In this document: positions 1-14,269 of the stretch, one piece after another | How positions within the stretch are numbered: position 1 is the first letter of the stretch | Layout: each line of letters begins with the position of its first letter | Assembly (NCBI GenBank): GCA_964016885.1 | Contig: OZ024753.1 | Location: forward strand, 36,022,001-36,086,000 | DNA from: Eledone cirrhosa | Taxonomy: Eukaryota | Length of the DNA: 64,000 nt | Direction: 5' to 3' | Program-made: the position numbers and the translations under genes | Notes under the pieces: generated by a model | What the model was told of the DNA's origin: nothing | Seen by the model: only the letters and a program-made list of their open reading frames with translations | Databases searched by the model: none

Positions 1-279
1 GCAGCTTGGATCGAGGTGGGGGGATATCTACGTTGGATGAAACAGGAAATCATGTGAAGGGAATGGGTTTCGAAATCGTTGTCCTGGCTACAGAGTTGAC
101 GAAGACGGAGATAGCCTTTATATCATCTTTTGCAAAGATATAATACAACAAAAACAACAACAATAACAAAGAGTAGAAAAGAAAACCAGCTGAGTGAGGG
201 GGAGATAGCAAAAGAAGAGTGAGGGGGAGAAAGCGAGGGGAGAGAGAGTGGGAAGAGTGAGAGGGGGAGAGAGGAGAGA

Positions 280-668
280 TAGTGAGGGAAGAGAGAGGGA
301 AGACTGAGTGGTATGTAGTGAGGGAGAGAGAGGGAAGACTGAGTGGTATGTAGTGAGGGAGAGAGAGGGAAGGGTGAGTGGTATGTAGTGAGGGAAGAGA
401 GAGGGAAGGGTGAGTGGTATATAGTGAGGGAAGAGAGAGGGAAGGGTGAGTGGTATATAGTGAGGGAAGAGAGAGGGAAGGGTGAGTGGTATAGAGAGAG
501 GGAAGGGTGAGTGGTATAGAGAGAGGGAAGGGTGAGTGGTATATAGTGAGGGAAGAGAGAGGGAAGGGTGAGTGGTATATAGTGAGGGAAGAGAGAGGGA
601 AGGGTGAGTGGTATATAGTGAGGGAAGAGAGAGGGAAGGGTGAGTGGTATGTAGTGAGGGAGAGAGAG
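280..668. repeat. purine-rich ~36-bp minisatellite
   Basis: agtgagggaagagagagggaagggtgagtggtatat units. Confidence 0.9.
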
Positions 669-994
669 CAATAAGAAGAGAAAGAGAGACAGATTGAGAA
701 AGAAAGCAAATTTATTTAAAATTTTCCGAAAATAATGGTTTCTTATATAGGCACAAGGCCAGCAATTCTGGAGGAGGGGAAAGTCGATTAAATCAGCCCC
801 AGTGCGTGACTGGTACTTTATTTTATCGACCTCGTAAGGATGAAAGGCAAAGTTAACCTCGGCGGGATTTGAACTCATATCATAAAGGGCCATAACTCTA
901 TGCTGCAAAGCATGGTGCCTAACCCTCTACCAATACTGCCAATCCACTGTTAAAATTTTCCAAAAATAACAAGAATACTATTTTGTATTTTTAC

Positions 995-1126
995 CATCTT
1001 TCTTCTTGCAGCTGTGAATGTCAACTCCTCTCATGTAACCTTCATTACATTTACAGGTGTAATTTCCTAACTTATTATAACACACCTGACTGCAGCTAGC
1101 CGGCCTCTCATTGCATTCATTTATAT
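995..1126 (-). CDS. LRP2: window exon 35, Ca-binding EGF
   Basis: [31 protein letters not shown]. Confidence 0.93.
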
Positions 1127-3734
1127 CTGTGAGAAAAATAAAAAACAAATAAGAATACATGCACACAAAGACACGCACACAAACACATGCACACAAACAC
1201 AAGCTCATAAACACACGCTCATAAACACACACACACAAACACACGCACACAAAAACATGCTCATAAACACACGCACACAAACACGCGCACACAAGTGCAC
1301 ACAAAGACACGCATACAAAGACATGCACACAAACACATGCTCATAAACACATGCACACAAACACATGCACACAAACACATGCGCACAAAAACATGCTCAT
1401 AAACACACGCACACAAACATGCGCACACAAACATGTGCACACAAAGACACGCATACAAAGACATGCACACAAACACATGCTCATAAACACACGCACAAAC
1501 ATGCACACAAACACACACACAAACACACGCACACAAACATGCACACAAACACACACAAACACATGCTCATAAACACACACACACAAACACATGCACAAAG
1601 AGAGACAACCCAAAAAAAGTTATAGAAACACAACGGGAAGAAATAAAAAATTTAAATAAAAAATTTGTCAATTGACTTTCGACAAATTGGACCGAGGAAA
1701 CAATGTTTCCGTTGATCTTTCCAATTGCTAATACTATCTATCCGTCGCAATGCCAGGTAGAAGGAGCAACGTGAAATAAAGTGCCTTGCTCAAGAAGATA
1801 ACACATCGCCTGGTCCAGGAATCGAACTGACAACCTCACGATTGTGAATCCAGTTCTCTAACCAATCAGCCACATGACATCGGAAAGAAACACAACGATA
1901 ATTACTGAAGATGTCACAGAAATGTGTGATGAAAGAACTTTGAGAAATTATATTTATACTTTTATTTCATATAAAGCAAATATATTATTATGCAAGCAGG
2001 GAAAAGTGGACGTAAAATAATAATGACGAGTTTTCCTAAAATAAGTCTAAAAAAATCTGCCATGTATCCCGGAGGCCAAAGGTTGCATTTTTTATTATTA
2101 TTTTCTTTTCAAATTTTTGGTCATCAAAATTAGGGTGCATCCTTGAGGACAAAGTGTCTTCAGCGACGGAAAATACAGTAGCTTCTAAATCCAGCACTGC
2201 CTCCACCCCCCCATGCACACTCGCACAAAAAAAAAAAATGAATCCAAAGATAAATTGTTACTAACCACGACAGGCTTTTCTATCAGTCATGAGTGTATAA
2301 CCTGGGTTACATTCACAGTGGTAACTGGTAATACTGTCAACACATTTATGTTCACATTGATTAGAAGATAGGGTTTCACATTCATTAATATCTGTTGAAA
2401 GAAATTCATACAAAGAAAATAAACTGCAAAGTACTGATACAGTGATTATCAACCATAATAATACAGTACTTGTGTTCTCTCTCATATATTAGGAAGGGCA
2501 TCCAGCTGCAGAAAACCAGCCAGAAACACCCCTATTTGAGCGAGACATGGTTACCCGACACAACTTACCTTAAAATAGGACCCGTCTAACCCATGCTAGC
2601 GTGGAAGATGGACGTTAACGATATATATATAGACATATATATAGGAAGTGTGTTAGGAAGTGTGTTAGGAAGTGTGTTAGAAAGTGTGTTAGAAAGTGTG
2701 TTAGAAAGTGTGTTAGAAAGTGTGTTAGAAAGTGTGTTAGAAAGTGTGTTAGGAAGTGTGTTAGGAAGTGTGTTAGAAAGTGTGTTAGAAAGTGTGTTAG
2801 GAAGTGTGTTAGAAAGTGTGTTAGAAAGTGTGTTAGGAAGTGTGTTAGAAAGTGTGTTAGAAAGTGTGTTAGAAAGTGTGTTAGAAAGTGTGTTAGGAAG
2901 TGTGCTACGAAGTGTGTTAGGAAGTGTGTTAGAAAGTGTGTTAGGAAGTGTGTTAGGAAGTGTGTTAGGAAGTGTGTTAGGAAGTGTGTTAGGAAGTGTG
3001 CTACGAAGTGTGTTAGGAAGTGTGTTAGGAAGTGTGTTAGGAAGTGTGTTAGGAAGTGTGTTAGGAAGTGTGTTAGGAAGTGTGTTAGGAAGTGTGTTAG
3101 GAAGTGTGTTAGGAAGTGTGTTAGGAAGTGTGTTAGGAAGTGTGTTAGGAAGTGTGTTAGGAAGTGTGTTAGGAAGTGTGTTAGGAAGTGTGTTAGGAAG
3201 TGTGTTAGGAAGTGTGTTAGGAAGTGTGTTAGGAAGTGTGTTAGGAAGTGTGTTAGGAAGTGTGTTAGGAGGTGTGTTAGGAAGTGTGCTAGGAAGTGTG
3301 TTAGGAAGTGTGTTAGGAAGTGTGTTAGGAAGTGTGTTAGGAAGTGTGTTAGGAAGTGTGTTAGGAAGTGTGTTAGGAAGTGTGTTAGGAAGTGTGCTAG
3401 GAAGTGTGTTAGGAAGTGTGCTAGGAAGTGTGCTAGGAAGTGTGTTAGGAAGTGTGTTAGGAAGTGTGTTAGGAAGTGTGTTAGGAAGTGTGTTAGGAAG
3501 TGTGTTAGGAAGTGTGTTAGGAGGTGTGCTAACTTATAAGAAAGATTTCGGTTAATATTCAGACAGTGTCAGATGCGAGTCTACATGTTAAAACATATCT
3601 GAGGAGTTTCCGATTCCAGAGTCAGGTTTGATCATTAATAGTTGTTCCTTGAGCTGATCGACAGTGAAACATATGTAATATGTAATTAAATATGTATATG
3701 ATGCCACACTGATTCTTTGTATCTTATATATTAA

Positions 3735-3795
<61 letters not shown>

Positions 3796-5363
3796 TTTGA
3801 TTAATTTTTGCAACAATAAAACTTTAAAGGGGTATCACGACTCTGTTCCTGTACCAGCCATGGGATTCAACATCAACGATGGATGAGTTACACAGTGTAG
3901 AGTGCTTTTCCTACTTTACATCATGATACCCTGGCATATGGCTCAAATATCTAATTTTGTGATTGGCATCCTCTGGACTGAAATTGGAGACTGAAGGACT
4001 GATTATATCAACACAAGATCAGTGTCTGCCAACAAAAGATTATCAAGCCAACATCATAAAAAAAATGGATGGAACCCATTTTGCCATGTATGTAAAAAAA
4101 TAACTAGAGACCATTGATCATATAATCTCAATGTGCAGTCCTATGGCTCCAACCGAATACCTAAACAGGCATGACAGAGCTGCACAATACATACATTGGG
4201 TAATGTGTAAGCATTTTGACTTGCCCCATCAAAAGAATTGGTGGGAGCATCAACCACCTTCTGTATTTGAAAAAGGTCATATCTCAATTTTGTGGAACTT
4301 TAGCATCCAAACAGACCAAAAAATAGATGCAAATAGACCTGATATAATACCAAAGGACTTTAAAAAGAGGGTTTGCCTGCAAATTGATGTGACTGTTCCT
4401 ATAGACAAGAATGTATCTATAAAAAGATTTGTAAAATTGAGCAAGTATAAAGTCCTGGAGATAGAGATTGGAAGTTGAGAACTAAAACAATACCAGTGGT
4501 TGTAGGTGCTCTGGGAATGATACCTAAAGGGTCTAATGATTACTTATCACAAATCCCAGGAAACCCGCGTATCGAAGAAAACAAAAGATAGTACTAATGG
4601 GAACTGCCCATATACTAAGGAAGATTCTGTCAATATGAATACATCACAAGTCTAAAGATACTGTGTATGTGTTCTTCCTTGAACATGGCAGACCTTGTTG
4701 TCTCTTGAGGTCACTGGTTGTGACTTGGTGATAACTCGTATGAACATAAAGCAAAATAAATGAAAAAATAATAATTGTTTCTACTTTAGGCACAAGGCCA
4801 GCAATTACCCAGTGCATTACTGGTACTTTATTTTATCGACCTCGTAAGGATGAAAGGCAAAGTTAACCTCGGCGGGATTTGAACTCAGATCATAAAGGGA
4901 TGTAACTATGCTGGAAAGCATGGCGTCCGACCCTCTACCGATACTGCCAATCCACCGCCCTCTGAAAAAATAATAATAATACTTACTGCAGTGACGTTCA
5001 TCTGATTCATCGGAACAGTCTGAATTTTTGTTACAAACCAACATGAAATTGATACATTCCCCATTGGTGCATCGATATTGTCCCGGAGGACATGTTGGGG
5101 CTTGTGTTACTGAAATAGTAAAATCAACGTGTTATTTCAGGTATTTATACAACCAACATAACAACATCACCAGTTCATCCATACTTTGTTCTTCATACAC
5201 ATTAATATTGCACATCCATCGAACCATGCTTGCTTCATTTCTTTCCAGCCATCACATATCCTCTGTGTTCACTGTCCATGTCTCACTACCATGCAGCATT
5301 GCACTTCATACACAGGCATCATACAGCCGACCTTTCATTCGTAGGGAGAGACCCTTTGTTGTA

Positions 5364-5400
<37 letters not shown>

Positions 5401-5641
5401 ATAATAAAATAACAGGAGGCTGGACTGGTGTAAATCCTTGAAAGGTTTATTATACTATGATCATTTCAATGACCAGGTTCCGTATGAATCCGGTGATATC
5501 ATCAGGTATTCGAAATATAACAAAGGAATATAACAGATAAAATCCATGGGGCTGAAAATCATAGACAAGAGGACGACCGACCATCTAGCATCTTCTACTT
5601 TAGTCGGTCACCAATTCTATCCAGTGGTGAACCAACAAACC

Positions 5642-5704
<63 letters not shown>

Positions 5705-6030
5705 TGAAATTTTGTTATAACGAAATTCATGGGGTATAAAAAAAAATTTGTTGTAACAAAAATTCTTTATAACGAGATCAACCTAACACATCAAGCGTGT
5801 GGCTGGGGATTGAAAAGAATTTTGTTATAACGAATACCATTATAACAAATTTTACCTATATATATATATATATATATAAATTATTAAAAAAATAATGAAT
5901 AAACAAAGAAACAATTCCTTATATTAAAAAAATTCATAATTTTACGATCGTTTCTAGGATATATATGTGTTAGAGTTGGTATGCATATTCTATAGATCTA
6001 TGTACAATATTTATACAAAATTTATACAAA

Positions 6031-6069
<39 letters not shown>

Positions 6070-9000
6070 GAGAGAGAGAGAACATCTTATAGAGGGGTAG
6101 ATTACTGTAGAAGCAGCTCTCCTTAGGGACAAAAACATTTATCCAATTATTTTCTGTGCCTGAGATTTGTACATTTTCTAAGAAATGAATAAAAAATTAA
6201 AATATATATTATCTAAGAAGACCTGTTTCTGTGTCTGTCTCTCCATCACACATATGTAGGTGAGAAAAGAGGAGGAGTGAAAACGGGAGACAAACCCCTT
6301 TTTATAAGCTGAGAGGAGAAGGGTGATAACTTATGTCATGCTTATACTTTTTCGGAAGGCTTAGAGGTAATAAGGTAGAGATCTGTAGGAGGGGTTGTGG
6401 GGAGAAGCCAATGGGGAAGGGGAACCTTGTAGAAATGAAAACAATAAAGGAAAACTTACAACACATGGATTCTTTTTCATCTGATTTATCGTAACAGTCA
6501 TTGTCTCCATCACAGACCCAGTTTTGGAGGATACATTTCTTGTTGTCACAAGTGAAAAAATTTTCATCACATTTTGGGAAATCTGAAATGATATGAATTT
6601 CGAAATTTCATACATGTTTTCAGTTAACTTATCAAAAAAAAAATTGTTGAATTATTGGGAGGTCTTTTTAGCTGTGTCAAAGACATGACAACCTCTTAAG
6701 CACTGGTGCCATGATTAAATGCACTTGGTAGAGAATGAAAAAGTTTGGGTGCAAGATGAGAGCCCTTGGCCTGTCTGAGCACCCGCAAATAAGTAAGCCA
6801 TATCTTGCTTACATATATTCCTGCACTTTATAAAATGCACCAGGTGCATTTTATAATGATCTCAGCACAGAATATACAACAGCGTGAATATTAGATTACA
6901 ATAATGTTGGTTTAGAACAACAGCACTTACTACAGTCTTTTTCATCAGAATTATCACCACAATCATCTGCATGATCACAGTGAAAACTAGAATGAATACA
7001 ACCACCATTTCCACATAAATGTTGACCCACATTGCAGACATCATCTGGACAAGACTGGCGTTCGTCCTCTCCATCTAGACAGTCTCTGTCACCATCACAT
7101 ACATATTTATTTTTAATGCATGGGTAGCGTCCGATTTCACGATTATGTGTGCAGTTAAATTCATCTGAACCACAAGCAATCCCTCCTGAAACACAAATCA
7201 AGAGAATATATTTTAACAAATAAATGTAATAGATACACATCTGTATATATAAAACTGAGGATGTCTGTCTCTGTGTGTGTATGTGTGTGAGTTTGAATCC
7301 CTAAAACTCGAGAACCACCCAACCGACTGTTTTCAAACTTTACACATGTAATCTGTGTTTCAGGGAGTGTTCTGAGCAAAGAAAATTTCAAATTTTCAAT
7401 GCCCTAGGGACCGCATTAGGCGATTTAGCGATCTCTCTATAATTCTTAGTCTTTTTCTTTTTAGATAGATACATACATATAACGTCACGCCCTTATAATA
7501 TCTGTCTGTATGTCTGGCTGTCTGCATTACGTCACTTCCCTGAGGATGTCTGTCTGTGTGTGTGTGCGTGCGTCTGTGAGTTTGAATAACTAAAACTCGA
7601 AAGTACCCAACCGATTTTTTTCAAACTTTACATGTGTATTACCTATGTTTCAGGGAGTGTTATGCTTTTTAGGGTTTTTTTGAGGGTTTTTTTGAGGCGT
7701 TACGTCAGACCGATTTCCTTGAAATTGTAACTATGTATTAGTCAGTCTCTTCTTCATACCGTGAGCAAAGAAAATCCAACTTTTTTATGGACTAGGCCCC
7801 GCATTAGGGGAAAAACTTCATTTTTTCAGGCTTTTAGGGCTTTTTGGAGGCGTTACGTCTAGCCAATTTACCCGAAATTTAAAGGCATATTATACACATA
7901 AAAAAAATTCATTTTCTTGATCCCCTAGGGTCCGCATGTGAAAACCTGCATTTTTCCTGCTTCATCGAAGAAAATTTTAAAGATTATCCAGCCATCAGAA
8001 TATTCAGTTTATTTTCTTTACATATTGTCCAGGCATGTAGTTTTTCCATGATTAGGTCTGTTGGTGGCTCGCGTTCCAAAATACCTTATCCTGTGCAACG
8101 CCGGGTACCACTGCTAGTTTCTTATATAGGCATGTGGTTAGTGAATTGGATTTGCAATTGTGAGGTTGTGAGTTTGATTCCTGGATAAGGCAATGCTTTA
8201 TGTCCTTGAGCAAGACACTTTATTTTACGTTGCTCCTTCTGTCAAGAGATGTGACCAGCAGATAGTATCAGCAATAGAAATACCACTGAAAACATTGTTT
8301 CCTTGGTCCGATTTAACATGTTCCACCTCACTCGGTAAGTGAATTAGGTCTAGGATGTTCTGCCAGGAGTTGTGATTGGTAGTTTCTTTGGTCTGATTCA
8401 ATGAGCTGCACCCTGTTCAGTATGTGAATGAGGTCTAGGATCTTGTTGATCGATTCAATCAATATATAGGTACAATGACACACATTTTGGGGAAGATATA
8501 TAAGAGTGATTAGAACATTAACTTATATATTTCACCATATTCCTTCTGGTTTTCTGTACTCAAATGTTTCAATATAATCTGCTTTTAGTTTTCTGGTGTA
8601 AAACAGTACAGCTGCTGTTTTTTTGTTTTGTTTTGTCCAGTTGTAGTGGCCTGGTGTGACACCCTTCAAGTCCTTGTAGATTCAATATTATGTGAGATAA
8701 TTATGTGAGATAATTATGTGAGATAATTATGTGAGATAATTATGTGAGATAATTATGTGAGATAATTATGTGAGATAATTATGTGAGATAATTCTGTGAG
8801 ATAATTATAAGATAATTATGTGAGATAATTATGTGAGATAATTATGTGAGATAATTATGTGAGATAATTATGTAAGATAATTATGTAAGATAATTATGTA
8901 AGATAATTATGTGAGATAATTATGTAAGATAATTATGTGAGATAATTATGTAAGATAATTATGTGAGATAATTATGTGAGATAATTATGTGAGATAATTA

Positions 9001-12000
9001 TGTAAGATAATTATGTGAGATAATTATGTGAGATAATTATGTAAGATAATTATGTGAGATAATTATGTGAGATAATTATGTAAGATAATTATGTGAGATA
9101 ATTATGTAAGATAATTATGTGAGATAATTATGTAAGATAATTATGTGAGATAATTATGTAAGATAAGCCTTTATTGTGAAAATACAATAGTAAATATAGA
9201 ATAATTGTTTCTACTTTTGGCACAAGGCCAGTAATTACCCAGTACATTACTGGTACTTTATTTTATCGACCCCGTAAGGATGAAAGGCAAAGTTAACCTC
9301 GGCGGGATTTGAACTCAGAATGGCAAGGGCCGTAACTCTATACATCAAAGCATGGCGTCCGACCCTCTACCGATACTGCCAATCCACTATAGAATAATGT
9401 AAATGCTACAGTTAAAGGAAATAAAATGAACCAAGACAATGAACTTACTGCAATTAAAAGCTTCATCGGATCCATCAGAACAGTCTTTTACTCCATCACA
9501 TAACCAGGAATTATCGATACATCCACCAGAACCACATGCAAACATGTGACTTGCACATGTTAAGTTAAAATGACCTAAAATATATGATTGCATAGATTTT
9601 ATATAAGGTTTTACTGAGCAGAAAAGCTTTACATTGTAGGCCCAATATAGGTTATCATGAGGATTTAAAACAAAGGTTCTCAAACAATAGAGCAGGCTTG
9701 CCTCATTTCTCTCCAGCCGTCGCATATCCTCTGCAGTTGCTGCCCATGTCTCATTACCATGCAGCATTGTGCACCTCACACAACCATCATATAACCGGCC
9801 TTTCGTATGCAGGGAGAAACCCTTCTTCATCAGCAGAGGTAGCAGCTCCCTAAACTTCTTCCAACCCGTCTTTATTCTAGATACTATGGCCTCAGAACCC
9901 CCCCCCCCCCCCCCCCATGCTGATCTGATCACCTAGGTACTGGAAGCTATCAACCACTTCTATGGAACCTACCTGCATTTGAAAAACGTGTCTATCAATG
10001 CAACTTCTACTGTCAAATTTCCCTGTACATCTACTGCATACATATTTTATATTATGTATAAATAAATATTATATATAAATAAATATTATATATTTTTTAT
10101 TTTACTATATTTATATATAATATGTATCATTTGATACTTAATATACTATTATATCATCTCTACCAGCCCTTTAGGTCCCAGCACCCCTCGACCTTCTCAA
10201 CACACCTCGGGGGTGGGCAGTAGTGCCCACTTTGAGAACCGCCGATTTAAGATAACAAAAACTCAGATCATATATCAGCTTAAGCTCAATGAAGGCTGCA
10301 CAGAGCCTCACAATCTATTCCTTCTCTTCTCAGATCAATACATTAATATGAAAATGGTGTTTCTTCACTTACAATTAGGTGGCTCATCGTCACCGTTTGC
10401 ACAGTCTGGATAATTGTCACAATACCAGTGAGAAGGAATACACTGATTGTCTGGTAAACAGCGGAAAAAACCTGTAAAAAACAAACATAAAAAAGAAAGA
10501 AAAACAAATACCAGCCATTTTCATTTCTCAAACCCTAAGGTATGGTGAAAGACACTTGTTTAAGATACCATGTGGTGGGATCAAACCCAGAGCTTCATGA
10601 TTGTGAAGCAAACTTCTTAACCATTCAGCTATACTGTGTCAGTGATAACTGCAATGAAACTTTTGACACCAAGTATTATATGATGAATATAAAGTGAATT
10701 TACCAGTTTTTGTGTGTTTTTGAATGAGTAAAACTCTTCCACAATGTAATTGATTTAGTTTCAATACACAACCTTAGATTAAGTCACTGGCCAGACAAGT
10801 ACAACTGTAGCCAAGTACAACTAAATCAATTAAATAATAGAAGAATCTATTATTTAATTGATTTAGTTTCAGCATACAGTCTCAGATTAATTCACTTGCT
10901 GAATAAGTACAACTGTGGCTAAAATGACTCTTTCACAATGCCATTGCTTTAGTTTTAACACAAACACAATTTCACAGATCAAGTCATATGCTAGACAAGT
11001 ACAACTGTGGTTAAAATGACTCTTTCATGATATAATTTATTTAGTTTCAACACAGTCTCAGATCAAGTCATATGCTAGACAAGTACAACTGTGGTTAAAA
11101 TGATTCTTTCATGATATCATTTATTTAGTTTCAACACAGTCTCAGATCAAGTCATATGCTAGACAAGTACAACTGTGGTTAAAATGATTCTTTCATGATA
11201 TCATTTATTTAGTTTCAACACAGTCTCAGATCAAATCATATGCTAGACAAGTACAACTGTGGTTAAAATGACTCTTTCATGATATAATTTATTTAGTTTC
11301 AACACAGTCTCAGATCAAATCATATGCTAGACAAGTACAACTGTGGTTAAAATGACTCTTTCATGGTATAATTTATTTAGTTTCAACACAGTCTCAGATC
11401 AAATCATATGCTAGACAAGTACAACTGTGGTTAAAATGACTCTTTCATGGTATAATTTATTTAGTTTCAACACAGTCTCAGATCAAGTTACTTGTTAAAC
11501 AATTACAGCTAAATACACAGTAAGATTTAAAAACGAATTATTTACTAACCTGTGCAGTTTATAGATTTGCAAAACATTACATTTTCATCAGAATGATCTC
11601 CACAATCATTGTCACCATCACACAGCAATTGTTTAGTTATACAAATGTTGGAGTTTGGACATTTCACAAAATTATCTGTTGGACATGTTGTGTTGCTGGC
11701 TGCAAGATAGAACATATCTGAATATTAATCACCTTTAAAATTCGAACTATTTTAATTAAAATAAATCTACATCAGAATTATTAATCACAGTAATAATTCT
11801 GACTATTTTAAATTTGAAAATGTGAGAGTCCCAAGTGCAGAAAATAACTGTAATAACAGTTGATCTCTATAAATAATAGTTGAGAAAATTGTGTAAATTA
11901 AGCCCTTTACAAGCACACCTGCGGCCCGCACAAAGGTTTTTACAGTGCAAGTATGTTTTATCTTCGTAAAATTATTTGTAATGTGCACAATTAGTTGTCA

Positions 12001-14221
12001 TGTGTGGCCCTCAGACAACACATACGTGACCCATGTGGCCCTCAGACAACACATGTGACCCATGTGGCGCTCAGATAACGCATATGTGACCCATGTGGCC
12101 CTCAGATAACACATATGTGACCCATGTGGCCCTCAAACAATACATATGTGACCCATGTGGCCCTCAAACAACACATATGTGACCCATGTGGCCCTCAGAC
12201 AACACATATGTGACCCATGTGGCCCTCAGACAACACATATGTGACCCATGTGGCCCTCAGACAACACATATGTGACCCATGTGGCCCTCAGATAACACAT
12301 ACGTGACCCATGTGGCCCTCAGACAATACATATGTGACCCATGTGGCCCTCAGATAACACATACGTGACCCATGTGGCCCTCAGACAACACATATGTGAC
12401 CCATGTGGCCCTCAGACAACACATACGTGACCCATGTGGCCCTCAGACAACACATACGTGACCCATGTGGCCCTCAGACAACACATATGTGACCCATGTG
12501 GCCCTCAGACAACACATATGTGACCCATGTGGCCCTCAGACAACACGTATGTGACCCATGTGGCCCTCAGACAACACATATGTGATCCATGTGGCCCTCA
12601 GACAACACATACGTGACCCATGTGGCCCTCAGACAACACATACGTGACCCATGTGGCCCTCAGATAACACATATGTGAACCATGTGGCCCTCAGACAACA
12701 CATATGTGACCCATGTGGCCCTCAGATAACACATGTGGCCCTCAGACAACACATATGTGACCCATGTGGCCCTCAGACAACACATATGTGACCCATGTGG
12801 CCCTCAGACAACACATACGTGACTCATGTGGCCCTCAGACAATACATATGTGACCCATGTGGCCCTCAGACAACACATATGTGACCCATGTGGCCCTCAG
12901 ACAACACATATGTGACCTATGTGGCCCTCAGACAACACATATGTGACCCATGTGGCCCTCAGACAACACATATGTGGCACATGTGGCCCTCAGACAACAC
13001 ATGTGACCCATGTGGCCCTCAGACAACACATATGTGGCACATGTGGCCCTCAGACAACACATATGTGACCCATGTGGCCCTCAGACAACACATATGTGAC
13101 CCATGTGGCCCTCAGACAACACATTAGTGGCCCTCAGACAACACATTAGTGACCCTCAGACAACACATACGTGACCCATGTGGCCCTCAGACAACACATA
13201 TGTCACCCATGTGGCCCTCAGACAACACATATGTGACCCATGTGGCCCTCAGATAACACATATGTGATCCATGTGGCCCTCAGATAACACATATGTGACC
13301 CATGTGGCCCTCAGACAACACATATGTGACCCATGTGGCCCTCAGACAACACATATGTGACCCATGTGGCCCTCAGACAACACATGTGACCCATGTGGCC
13401 CTCAGACAACACATATGTGACCCATGTGGCCCTCAGATAACACATGTGACCCATGTGGCCCTCAGACAACACATATGTGACCCATGTGGCCCTCAGACAA
13501 CACATATGTGACCCATGTGGCCCTCAGACAACACATATGTGACCCATGTGGCCCTCAGACAACACATATGTGACCCATGTGGCCCTCAGATAACACATAT
13601 GTGACCCATGTGGCCCTCAGATAACACATATGTGACCCATGTGGCCCTCAGACAACACATATGTGACCCTCAGACAACACATATGTGACCCATGTGGCCC
13701 TCAGACAACACATATGTGACCCATGTGGCCCTCAGACAACACATATGTGACACATGTGGCCCTCAGACAACACATACGTGACCCATGTGGCCCTCAGACA
13801 ACACATATGTGACCCATGTGGTCCTCAGACAACACATATGTGGCACATGTGGCCCTCAGACAACACATACGTGACCCATGTGGCCCTCGGGCGATCCTCA
13901 GTTTGACATGTCTGGTGTAAATAACCCTTAGAGATGGGAAAAAGAACACAGTGACACCTACAAGGAATTTAACCCTGTATCTCTGGAATACCATGTGAGT
14001 TCGTTATTATTATGAGAGATGTGGGGTTGAATTCTTTGTAGGTTCCTCAGTCCCCTTTTTTCTCTCTTTAAGGTAACTTATCCAATTTTCTCAATTATAA
14101 TAATAATAATAATGAAATTATTGTGTACAGTGCTCAGGTGCACTATAACTCATCAAAGGTGCATGTATAGTACATAGAATAATGTACAAATGTCAGGAAA
14201 ATGAACAGTGTATGAGTCATG

Positions 14222-14269
<48 letters not shown>

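Noticed and set aside
2593-3555. 320-aa GSVL-repeat ORF; resemblance to telomeric TTAGG
   Set aside because: Artefact of a 12-bp unit; not a true telomeric array
4860-4960. tRNA gene suggested by A and B boxes
   Set aside because: No cloverleaf; head of a multi-copy SINE
5941-5960. GAAACGATCGTA half-hammerhead on the minus strand
   Set aside because: No CUGANGA partner nearby; at best a truncated relic
12000-13890. CRISPR-like ~31-bp repeats (also 30208-32097)
   Set aside because: Head-to-tail units with no unique spacers, no cas genes, eukaryotic intron
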